Assembly: GCF_965227375.1 (NCBI RefSeq)
Contig: NZ_CBDDFX010000002.1
Location: forward strand, 1,911,537-1,975,536
DNA length: 64,000 nucleotides
Source: Aeoliella sp.
GTDB lineage: Bacteria; Planctomycetota; Planctomycetia; Pirellulales; Lacipirellulaceae
Reading direction: 5' to 3'
Shown: positions 56,270-64,000 of the stretch, in pieces
Numbering within the stretch: the first letter of the stretch is position 1
How the letters are laid out: each line of letters begins with the position of its first letter
Translations under genes and position numbers: made by a program
The notes under the pieces: model-generated
What the model was told of the DNA's origin: nothing
The model's database searches: none
The model's input: only the letters and a program-made list of their open reading frames with translations

Positions 56270-56984
56270 CCTCTGGCAACAGTAGCGCGATGTCGCCCTG
56301 TTCTAGGTCGAGCATTTTTTTCAGGACTCCCGCGTCCACCGCGGGAGTCCAGCGGAAACCGACGGGCGCGGCAACGCCATCGCGAAGCCAAAAACAAGTG
56401 CTGCGGATTGGTGGTATTGGCTGTCCATGAACAACGGTGTAGCGGTCGCAAGTGGCGAAAACTAGACGGTCGAGCCGGGCTTGGGGCGCATTCGCTGCGT
56501 ACGACAGCCAGTCGGCACGAGTAAGTCGCGCTAGTGCGGCAGGTTCAACGCGACTCGACCGGGCCAACTTAAGTGGAATGGAATTGGCAGTACGGATCGG
56601 AAACCGCCCGGTCGGAAGGACCAGCGTCAACCAGCTTCGCAGCGGAACCCAAGGGCCTTGTGGCTCGTATCCTAGCGGAATGGCCTTGCCTTCAGGCACC
56701 AATTGACCATCGCCCAGCGTTCTGTACTGTCGGCAACCCAGCATCGAACGCAAGATGTCGCTAGCGTCTGCATCGAGCGACTTCCCCCGTAGCCACACGA
56801 CCTCGTTGTCGACAAACACTTCTACGCCAACGTGTTGGCGAAGCGGACTCAGGCGATCCGCTCCTCTGCTAGGCAGGCAGGCGTACCAGTCGTATGTCAA
56901 GTTTGACCGTCCAAACTGTTCCATAACTCGTTGGCCTTGTCCTCTAGAAATGTGCGCTGCTGCGCGTCGACAATCCACTGACAA
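56178..56984 (-). CDS. Hypothetical protein (about 250-268 aa), MoxR operon member
   Basis: An ORF between the MoxR and 964-aa genes, overlapping both ends. No recognised motifs. The true start is probably the MEQFGR Met (about 56924). Confidence 0.5.
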   Translation of the reverse strand: MSVDCRRAAAHISRGQGQRVMEQFGRSNLTYDWYACLPSRGADRLSPLRQHVGVEVFVDNEVVWLRGKSLDADASDILRSMLGCRQYRTLGDGQLVPEGKAIPLGYEPQGPWVPLRSWLTLVLPTGRFPIRTANSIPLKLARSSRVEPAALARLTRADWLSYAANAPQARLDRLVFATCDRYTVVHGQPIPPIRSTCFWLRDGVAAPVGFRWTPAVDAGVLKKMLDLEQGDIALLLPEGGSTVIRSEQFVAASRSAVRLTEGGSFGKQ

Positions 56985-58075
56985 CGGGCGGTCAACAAAG
57001 TAAGGCGGTCGCGAAGGACGCTTAGGTCGCCTGCGGTTCCGGTGGCGAGCATGCTCGCGGCTTGCGATAAGTCGGCCTCAAGTTGATCGGGGTCGGGGGC
57101 ATCGGCGACCTGCGAACGCGGGTGTCCCATTGCACGCTGCTCATCGGTCGACGACTCGAGGGCTTGCGATACCAGCGATGCAAGCAGTTCCTGTTCATCT
57201 TCGGTGTCCCAAATGTATCGGAGTACCCATAAATCGGTCTGGTTCGCCTCCAATCGTCCACAGAGCAGTGCGCTTGCCCCGATGAGCCGTTGAAGCTTCA
57301 CGGCGCGGCGGTCGGAGATGGTAATGCCGGCGCTGCGCAGTTTAACAACGAGTTCGACGTACTGCGGCCGAAGTCCTGTAAACTCCACCCGCGATGTAAG
57401 TCGCTGCAAGCCACGTAGATCTTCAGCCGTGACGCTAGCCCTATGAACGGGCTCGCGACCGTCCATGCGCCAACCGGCCGCGAGGACTTCCGCCAGGCCT
57501 TCATTCGGTACATTGTCGCAATTGACGCGGACCAGGAATCGGTCGAACAAAGCACCGAGCGCTTCGTCCTCGGGCAGGTGATTGCTCGCGCCCACGACCA
57601 TTAGCGTTGGCAGTGCCCGCGTTTCGCGACCGCGACGGAACACCCGCTCGTTGAGCACCAGTAGGAGACTGTTGAGAATGGCGCTGTTGGCGTTCAAGAG
57701 CTCGTCTAGGAATACGAAGTCTGCCTCAGGTAGCATGCCGGAGGTGTTTGTCTCCAGTTCGCCATCGCGGAGCTTCCGTATGTCAAAGGGACCGAATACC
57801 TCATTCGGCTCGGTGAACCTAGTGAGCAAATAGTCGAACACACGCCCGTCAATCCGTCGCGCCAACGACTGGACCAGAGCGCTCTTAGCCGTACCCGGCG
57901 GGCCAAGCATAAACAAGTTTTCGCGGGCAACCAGGCACAACCCCAAGAGGTCGATGATTTCGTCTTTACCCACAAAACTCTGCTTGAGTGGCTCTAGGAC
58001 TTCTGCCCTCAGCCGGTGCCCAAGCCGTTGGGTGTCCGGCTCGGTCGGATCCTCGTCAGTGTGCGATATATTCAC
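56897..58075 (-). CDS. MoxR/RavA-family AAA+ ATPase
   Basis: Walker A (LFMLGPPGTAKSALVQSLARRI), Walker B (FVFLDELLNANSAILNSLLLVLNERVF) and arginine finger/sensor 2 (LMVVGASNHLPE...ALFDRF), a MoxR-type AAA_5 architecture. About 390 aa with a C-terminal helical domain. Confidence 0.9.
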   Translation of the reverse strand: MNISHTDEDPTEPDTQRLGHRLRAEVLEPLKQSFVGKDEIIDLLGLCLVARENLFMLGPPGTAKSALVQSLARRIDGRVFDYLLTRFTEPNEVFGPFDIRKLRDGELETNTSGMLPEADFVFLDELLNANSAILNSLLLVLNERVFRRGRETRALPTLMVVGASNHLPEDEALGALFDRFLVRVNCDNVPNEGLAEVLAAGWRMDGREPVHRASVTAEDLRGLQRLTSRVEFTGLRPQYVELVVKLRSAGITISDRRAVKLQRLIGASALLCGRLEANQTDLWVLRYIWDTEDEQELLASLVSQALESSTDEQRAMGHPRSQVADAPDPDQLEADLSQAASMLATGTAGDLSVLRDRLTLLTARCQWIVDAQQRTFLEDKANELWNSLDGQT

Positions 58076-58087
58076 GAAAGTCTTAGC

Positions 58088-58711
58088 CTAATGGGTTTCG
58101 AGATGTGTTGCGATGCTCGGGCATAGCTGCGGATAGTGTCCTAAGGTCTCCTTGACCATTTCGACAACCCAGTCATCATCGAGCCGGGAATAGTCGCTCG
58201 TGGCAATAACCCGATCTACATACAGACGCATCAACGTGGGCGAGGTTCGTATGGAAGTTGTGTCTACCTGGCCGACCAAATCTACTCCAACCGATGACAA
58301 CGGCCAGGCCACCGCCCACTCCATAAGCCGTTTGACCAAAGGATCGTCGGTCGCGGCCGACTTGGCAAGCTTAATCAAGTCAGGCAAAAACCGCATCGTC
58401 AGGTCGACCGAATAGTGAGTACCGGCACTAGCCTTGTCTGGTAGGTTTTGGCCAAAAAGTGTGGGGAATTCCCCTTCTCCAAAGTCTCGATTGATTACCA
58501 GGGCTGCCGCTGAATAAAAGGAAACAGCAGCCCAGATGGCAGCCTCGGAGTCGAACGCCGGTGGCTCGCCGGGCAATGCAAGCCGGTAGGCTTGCTCTAA
58601 ATCGGCAAGGAGTTCCGCTGCTTCACTCCTCGCATCCGGCTCAACCGGCTGTGGAACGCCAATCCGGACGCGACCAACATTCCATAGGTCCCGTAAAAAC
58701 ACAGGCAGCAT
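58088..58711 (-). CDS. Hypothetical protein (about 208 aa), first gene of the MoxR operon
   Basis: ATG at 58711 preceded by a strong Shine-Dalgarno sequence (GGAGGAACCA-ATG). Ends 12 nt before the MoxR start. No recognised motifs. Confidence 0.55.
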   Translation of the reverse strand: MLPVFLRDLWNVGRVRIGVPQPVEPDARSEAAELLADLEQAYRLALPGEPPAFDSEAAIWAAVSFYSAAALVINRDFGEGEFPTLFGQNLPDKASAGTHYSVDLTMRFLPDLIKLAKSAATDDPLVKRLMEWAVAWPLSSVGVDLVGQVDTTSIRTSPTLMRLYVDRVIATSDYSRLDDDWVVEMVKETLGHYPQLCPSIATHLETH

Positions 58712-59525
58712 TGGTTCCTCCTTGCCTGACTTGAAAAATCGCGTCTTCAGGTGATAGGTAGTTCGAGTTCGTTGTCCGAGGATTGGCCAAATTGCAGGGG
58801 AGGACGAACAGTCGAAGTAGAGTGATCCTACGACCCTAAGGTTCGGCGGATTAACCATCGGCTCAGCGCGCCGGAGTGACTGCACAGAACGAATTGGGGG
58901 CCCGTAACCGTTTCATTTGAGCATCAACACTTTAGTATGGGCAGTTTGACGAATGCAAGTATTTCTAGATTGCCTTTACCTCCCAGACCCCTCGAGCCCA
59001 TAACAGCCACCTATTAGAGCTAGAAAAGAGCGAGATGCCCACGACATCAACTATCAGCTGTCGGGCCGAAATAGGTTTGAGATGACAGAATAAGGGCGGT
59101 TCCCATCGCCAGACGACGTTAAGCAATTGCAGCAAGATGGAGGCACCAGAGTCTAGCTGCCACCGAGCCGGGTCTTTGCCGCGCTTTTGACAATCTCCTG
59201 ACTAGATTTCTCGTCACTCGATAGGCACCCCGCGGTGCATTTCCGCTATTGTATCTTGGATGCGCTCGACACAACCGCATAAACGTTCACTCCTCTCATC
59301 TCTCATGGAGCCTTCCACTGGTCGTTTGCCGTTTCCGTTGCAGAGAGATAGGCCTCGGAACTGCTGTGGTTAATTCAAGTCCAACAAACAAGTTGCGCCC
59401 AGACGCACCTCCACTTTCTCTAGCCGGATGTTGCGTTTTTTGTGGTCCGGTGCCGGTCCGATGGGGTATAACCACAGTGGCCTATCGGCCTGGGTATCTC
59501 CGTTTGCGCACTCGATGGAGCTGGT

Positions 59526-62111
59526 ATGCCGCGTCGCACAGTCTCACTGCTGCTTTCCGCGATTTTCGTGCCAATTGGCGTCACCCTCCCGCTCTCGGCG
59601 GCTACGGTCCGGGAGGCGGAGAAGCTCTTTCTGGTGGGCAAATACGAAGAATGCGTAAGCATGGCGGCGACGGAGATTGAGCGCGAAGTGCGGTACGAGC
59701 CGTGGCGACGCGTCAAGGCCGAAGCGGAAATGGAACTTGGCCGCTACGCCGATGCCCGCGAAACGGTAGAGGAGGGAGTCAAATCTTATCCGTTGAGCAT
59801 CGAGATGCGGCTACTTGCCTGCAAAGTGTTTCGGTACAACAACATGCCGCAGGCGGCCGCGACTCAATTGCGTCAGGTCGCAACCATCGTCCGCACTCGA
59901 CTCAGCCGCCGTGCCTCGCCTGATGAACGGTTGGCAATGGGAGCATACTTGCTCGAGCAGGGTGCTGATGCGCGCCAGGTCCTCGAACTGTGCTACGACC
60001 CTGTTTCCAAAGGATTCCCCGACTACGTCGATGTCCACCTCGCCACGGCCCAGCTCGCTCTGGACAAGTACGACAATCGCTTAGCTGCAAGCACCCTGCT
60101 CGCCGTGGCCGAGCACTCTCGCAACCATCCCGACTATCACTACTTGTTGGCCCGTGCGTTCTCGGCCGACGATCGCGAGCGTGCCACCGAAGCGCTTCAA
60201 AAAGCGCTCGAGCTCAACCCTCGACACGCCCGCAGCCTGTTGATGGTTGCAGAAAGGTTGATTGACGGCGAACAGTACGACGAGGCGCACCAGACGCTTG
60301 CCAAGGTGCTAAAGACCAATCCAAAGCATCCCAAGGCGTTGGCGTACAAAGCCGTACTGGCGAACATTCAAGGTGAGCCAGACCAGGAGAATGCTCACCG
60401 CGAGGCGGCACTGGCGAATTGGCCGCAGAACCCCGAGGTCGATTACACGATCGGCGCCAAGCTCTCGGACAAGTATCGCTTTGCCGAAGGCGCCACATAT
60501 CAACGCCGTGCCCTGACGATCGACAGCCATTACCTGCCCGCGCGAGTTCAATTAGCGCAAGACCTGTTGCGGTTGGGGCAGGAAGACGAAGGCTGGCAAT
60601 TGATTCAGGACGTGTTTGCTACCGATGGTTACAACGTTGTCGCTCATAATCTAGTCACGTTGCACGATAGTTTGGACGAGTACCGCGTATTGCAAAACGA
60701 CTCGTTCCGCGTGCGAATGCCCCAACACGAAGCGGCCATCTATGGCGAGCGAGTCCTCGAATTGCTTGACGAAGCGAAGCGTGTGCTGTGCGACAAGTAC
60801 GAAGTCGAACTCGGTGGTCCGGTCGTGGTAGATATCTTCGCTAACAAAAACGATTTCGCCGTCCGTACGTTCGGCATTCCAGGCGCCGATGGGTTTTTGG
60901 GTGTCTGCTTCGGCAACGTCATCACGGCCAATAGTCCCGCCGCCCTCGGGCAGTCCAAGGCCAATTGGGAAGCCGTGCTGTGGCACGAATTCTGCCACGT
61001 CGCCACGTTGCAGAAATCGCACAACAAGATGCCTCGCTGGCTGAGCGAAGGTATTTCGGTCTACGAGGAACTCCAGCGCGACCGCGGCTGGGGACAGACG
61101 ATGAACCCCACCTACCGCCAATTCATTCTCGATGGCGAGATGGCGCCGCTTAGCGAGCTGAGCTCGATGTTTCTGGCACCAGAGAGCCCCATGAAACTGC
61201 AGTTTGCTTACTTCGAGTCGGCGATGGCGGTGGAGTACATCGTCGACAATTACGGCATCCAGGCGATCAAGAACATTCTCGACGAACTGGCCAATGGCGA
61301 ATCGATCAACGAGACGCTCGTTCGCCACGTTGCACCCTTGGGCAAGCTCGATGCCGAATTCCGCGACCATCTGCTGGAGCAGGCTAGACTATTGGGGCCA
61401 GAGCTCAACTGGGATGAAACAACTCTTTCACCCAGCGCCGATTCCGATGCAATCGCTCAGTGGCTGGAAGACAACCCCGACAACTTCTATGGATTGGCTC
61501 GCTACGCGCAAGCGTTGACGCGCGAGGAGGACTGGCAGGCGGTGCTCGAACCGGCCAAGCGCCTGCGGGAGTTAGCTCCCGAATACACCGGCGCGGGCAA
61601 TGCGTACGCGCTGTTGGCTCGAGCTTACCGCGAGTTAGGCGAAACGGCCGCCGAGCGCGAAGCACTCGAAGCGTGGAGCGAGCGCGATGGCGATGCGATG
61701 GACGCTTATGTACGTCTTATTGAAATTGGCGTGGCAGCCGAAGATTGGCAATTGGTAGCGGCCAATGCTCGACGGATGCTGGCGGTGGACCCGCTCACGC
61801 CGATTCCGCACCGCCACATGGCGGAAGCTGCCGAGCAGCTTGGCCAGTCGTCCGAAGCAATTGCCGCCTATCGGGCGCTACTGCAGTTCGATACGGTCAA
61901 TCCGGTGAACACTCATTTCCGCTTGGCCCAGTTGCTGCGCGACGAAGGCCACACCGATCAGGCCCGACGCGAAGTGTTACTCGCTCTGGAAGATGCGCCG
62001 CGATTCTTGGCCGCGCATCGCCTGCTGTTAGAGCTTGCCGAAACAGAAAACGCCGAGATGGACGAGCCCTCGACATCGCTGGGAGTTATCGAAGAAGAAG
62101 AGGAGCCATGA
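59526..62111 (+). CDS. Secreted TPR-repeat protein with embedded HExxH zinc-metallopeptidase-like motif
   Basis: Signal peptide, multiple TPR-like repeats and a central WHEFCHV (HExxH) motif followed by an E (EGISVYEE) ~20 residues downstream, suggestive of a gluzincin-type site. Acidic C-terminus. Confidence 0.8.
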   Translation: MPRRTVSLLLSAIFVPIGVTLPLSAATVREAEKLFLVGKYEECVSMAATEIEREVRYEPWRRVKAEAEMELGRYADARETVEEGVKSYPLSIEMRLLACKVFRYNNMPQAAATQLRQVATIVRTRLSRRASPDERLAMGAYLLEQGADARQVLELCYDPVSKGFPDYVDVHLATAQLALDKYDNRLAASTLLAVAEHSRNHPDYHYLLARAFSADDRERATEALQKALELNPRHARSLLMVAERLIDGEQYDEAHQTLAKVLKTNPKHPKALAYKAVLANIQGEPDQENAHREAALANWPQNPEVDYTIGAKLSDKYRFAEGATYQRRALTIDSHYLPARVQLAQDLLRLGQEDEGWQLIQDVFATDGYNVVAHNLVTLHDSLDEYRVLQNDSFRVRMPQHEAAIYGERVLELLDEAKRVLCDKYEVELGGPVVVDIFANKNDFAVRTFGIPGADGFLGVCFGNVITANSPAALGQSKANWEAVLWHEFCHVATLQKSHNKMPRWLSEGISVYEELQRDRGWGQTMNPTYRQFILDGEMAPLSELSSMFLAPESPMKLQFAYFESAMAVEYIVDNYGIQAIKNILDELANGESINETLVRHVAPLGKLDAEFRDHLLEQARLLGPELNWDETTLSPSADSDAIAQWLEDNPDNFYGLARYAQALTREEDWQAVLEPAKRLRELAPEYTGAGNAYALLARAYRELGETAAEREALEAWSERDGDAMDAYVRLIEIGVAAEDWQLVAANARRMLAVDPLTPIPHRHMAEAAEQLGQSSEAIAAYRALLQFDTVNPVNTHFRLAQLLRDEGHTDQARREVLLALEDAPRFLAAHRLLLELAETENAEMDEPSTSLGVIEEEEEP

Positions 62112-63019
62112 TGCAATTCACTCAACGTCTGCAACCGATCCGATTCGTAGCAGCCGCGTTGTTCCTGGCGATTGCTGGTGTTGTCGCCGCGCAGCGTGGG
62201 TTCGACGATTGGTACAATGACTACGACGACCGCGGCGGCGTGCCCGACTGGGAGAACGAAGCGGGCTTCGAGAAAGATGTATTTACTTTCGCCCGAGTGC
62301 AGTGGAGTTCCGATGGCGGCCGTTACGGTGGTGGCAGTCGACGAGGCTGGGGTCGCCGGCGCGGTGGTGGTTGGCGAACCGACTGGCCCCACAGCGACAA
62401 CAATTTTTCATATCGACTTCAACAGCTGACTTCACTGAAGGTCAATCCGGAGCCCGTGATCGTCCGCCTGACGGATGACGGGCTGTTCGACTATCCGTTC
62501 ATCTATATCATCGAACCGGGAAGCCTCAGGTTCTCCGAGTCGGAGGTGGAGTCATTGCGACGCTATTTGCTGAGCGGTGGATTTCTAATGGTCGACGATT
62601 TCTGGGGCGACTACGAATGGGCGAACTTCGAACGCGAAATCAAGCGTGTTTTTCCTAAGCGTCCCCTCGTCGAATTGCCGCCTGATCACGAAGTCTTCTC
62701 GTGTGTGTATCGCCTTAAGGAGAAGCCGCAAGTCTGCAGCTACCATCGGGCACAGGAGAACCGCGATTCAAACGGGCGTGTGTTTCCCGGGAGTGAGACT
62801 GTTACGTGGGAAGACGGTCACGGCGGCGATTGCCGGACGGTTCACTACAAAGGCATATTCGACGACAAAGGCCGAATGATGGCCATCATCTGCCATAACA
62901 CTGATTTGGGCGACGGTTGGGAGCGCGAGGGGATGGCCGAGTGGTACTTCAGCGAGTTTGCTGAGAATAAGTCGTACCCCATGGGCATCAATATCGTGGT
63001 CTACGCAATGACGCATTAA
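62108..63019 (+). CDS. DUF4159 domain protein
   Basis: The start overlaps the upstream stop (ATGATG). Signal peptide. Conserved region (YPFIYIIEPGSLRFSESEVESLRRYLLSGGFLMVDDFWGD) typical of DUF4159, which is frequently encoded in Bat/MoxR operons. Confidence 0.75.
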   Translation: MMQFTQRLQPIRFVAAALFLAIAGVVAAQRGFDDWYNDYDDRGGVPDWENEAGFEKDVFTFARVQWSSDGGRYGGGSRRGWGRRRGGGWRTDWPHSDNNFSYRLQQLTSLKVNPEPVIVRLTDDGLFDYPFIYIIEPGSLRFSESEVESLRRYLLSGGFLMVDDFWGDYEWANFEREIKRVFPKRPLVELPPDHEVFSCVYRLKEKPQVCSYHRAQENRDSNGRVFPGSETVTWEDGHGGDCRTVHYKGIFDDKGRMMAIICHNTDLGDGWEREGMAEWYFSEFAENKSYPMGINIVVYAMTH

Positions 63020-63182
63020 GCAGTTCAGCGGGCGAAGAGAATCTCAGGCGTCAATCCTTAACGAGAATGGACAGCGCTGGGCAAGTCATCGTGGCTAGTT
63101 GTTGATTGTGGATATTCTGGAAGGCAAGTGCATTCGCAAGAAACGGTGATTAGGTAGTTTCCTCTAAATCAATGGAGATGTC

Positions 63183-64000
63183 GTGGGCGTTGAGATCGAT
63201 AGCTGCGAGCAAGAACAAGAGGTCGTCGAGCAAATTCGTGACGGCAATCGGCGAATTCGTGAAGAGTTGTCCAAAGTCATTATTGGCCAGCAGGAAGTGG
63301 TCGAGCAGCTCCTCATCACGCTTTTTGCCGGCGGGCACTGTCTGCTAACTGGCGCGCCCGGCTTGGCAAAGACGTTGCTCGTGCGGTCGATTGCCCAAGT
63401 GTTCCACCTCAAATTTCAGCGCATTCAATTCACGCCCGATTTGATGCCAGCTGACATTACCGGGACAGAAATCCTGGAAGAATCGACCGACGGTCACCGA
63501 CGACTTCAATTCGTCCACGGCCCCATTTTTGCCAACGTCATTCTGGCCGACGAAATCAACCGTACACCGCCCAAGACACAAGCCGCGTTGCTCGAAGCGA
63601 TGCAGGAGCACCAAGTCACCGCTGGCGGAGTTCGCTATCCGCTTGACGAACCGTTTTTCGTGCTCGCGACCCAAAACCCAATCGAAATGGAAGGTACTTA
63701 TCCGCTACCCGAAGCGCAGCTCGACCGATTCATGTTCAATGTGGTGATCGACTACCTTCCCGAAGACGAGGAAGTCGACGTCGTCACTGCAACGACTTCG
63801 CGCAAGCCTGAGCCCATCGAGCCCATCTTCAACAGCGAAGACGTATTGCGGTTTCACGAGATTGTCCGCCGGGTGCCAGTTGCCCGTGAAATGGTCCGCT
63901 ACGCGGTTCGCCTGGCGGCTGCCTCGCGGCCGGGGCAGGCAGAAACCCCTGCGTTCGTCAACGATTGGGTAAGTTGGGGCGCCGGCTTGCGGGCAGGACA
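63183..64000 (+). CDS. MoxR-family AAA+ ATPase (AAA_3 type), 5' part; continues past the right window edge
   Basis: Likely GTG start after an in-frame TAA, with GGAG 5 nt upstream. Walker A (HCLLTGAPGLAKTLLVRSIAQ), Walker B (IFANVILADEINRTPPKTQAALLEAMQE) and sensor (FFVLATQNPIEMEGTYPLPEAQLDRF), the canonical MoxR motifs. Absent from the ORF track because it lacks an ATG start. Confidence 0.85.
   Translation, partial: MGVEIDSCEQEQEVVEQIRDGNRRIREELSKVIIGQQEVVEQLLITLFAGGHCLLTGAPGLAKTLLVRSIAQVFHLKFQRIQFTPDLMPADITGTEILEESTDGHRRLQFVHGPIFANVILADEINRTPPKTQAALLEAMQEHQVTAGGVRYPLDEPFFVLATQNPIEMEGTYPLPEAQLDRFMFNVVIDYLPEDEEVDVVTATTSRKPEPIEPIFNSEDVLRFHEIVRRVPVAREMVRYAVRLAAASRPGQAETPAFVNDWVSWGAGLRAG

Noticed and set aside
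58886-59525. Possible tRNA or other structured RNA gene in the 640-bp divergent spacer
   Set aside because: No cloverleaf-compatible acceptor/T-arm motifs (GTTC..A / CCA context) were found by inspection. The region looks like ordinary divergent promoter DNA with AT-richer stretches. An sRNA cannot be excluded without a covariance search.
1-64000. CRISPR arrays, rRNA/tRNA genes, insertion sequences
   Set aside because: No short regularly spaced direct repeats, no rRNA-like conserved stretches, and no transposase/integrase-like ORFs were seen on either strand.

Overview
High-GC bacterial chromosome segment with strong Planctomycetota signatures: a DUF1559 / prepilin-like H-X9-DG protein, several PEP-CTERM proteins, Tat-signal enzymes, a partial sulfatase, a sulfotransferase and a fucosidase. 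Gene density is high and many adjacent genes share ATGA start/stop overlaps. No rRNA, tRNA, CRISPR array, transposase or integrase was recognised by eye.

Main contents in order:
- A partial arylsulfatase at the left edge.
- A Gfo/Idh/MocA oxidoreductase.
- A minus-strand Hsp70 (HscC-like) triad with two membrane-anchored partners, one of which is a J-like protein whose HPD motif is replaced by KPE.
- An EEP nuclease/phosphatase and an AroH-type chorismate mutase.
- A six-gene translationally coupled operon: a PQQ-like beta-propeller lipoprotein, an NHL-repeat protein, a Tat-exported NapG-like ferredoxin, a NapH-like membrane polyferredoxin, a transmembrane-anchored NuoE-NuoF fusion, and a NuoG-Nterm/GltD-like flavoprotein.
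- Ribose uptake and a ribokinase.
- A divergent RND efflux system (outer membrane factor, adaptor, permease).
- An NfeD/YqiJ-like gene and a flotillin gene followed by an 1841-aa AAA+ ATPase giant protein.
- An ECF sigma / anti-sigma pair and a TPR-sulfotransferase.
- A cluster of paralogous PEP-CTERM proteins, one apparently a read-through fusion, plus a PEP-CTERM metallophosphoesterase.
- A DUF1559 protein with a small lipoprotein, a Tat metallophosphoesterase and a GH29 alpha-L-fucosidase.
- A minus-strand MoxR AAA+ ATPase operon with two ~960-aa TPR/beta-propeller-like proteins.
- A Bat-like operon: a TPR-HExxH protein, a DUF4159 protein and a second MoxR ATPase that runs off the right edge.

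A ~160-bp direct repeat occurs twice (about 652-810 and 50161-50310), about 49.5 kb apart.

The strongest candidates for an undescribed system are: (i) the MoxR-centred operon with two large beta-propeller/TPR proteins (50.5-58.9 kb), (ii) the flotillin/NfeD operon carrying a giant AAA+ ATPase (25.3-33.6 kb), and (iii) the NAD(P)H-to-periplasm electron-conduit operon (8.6-16.6 kb).
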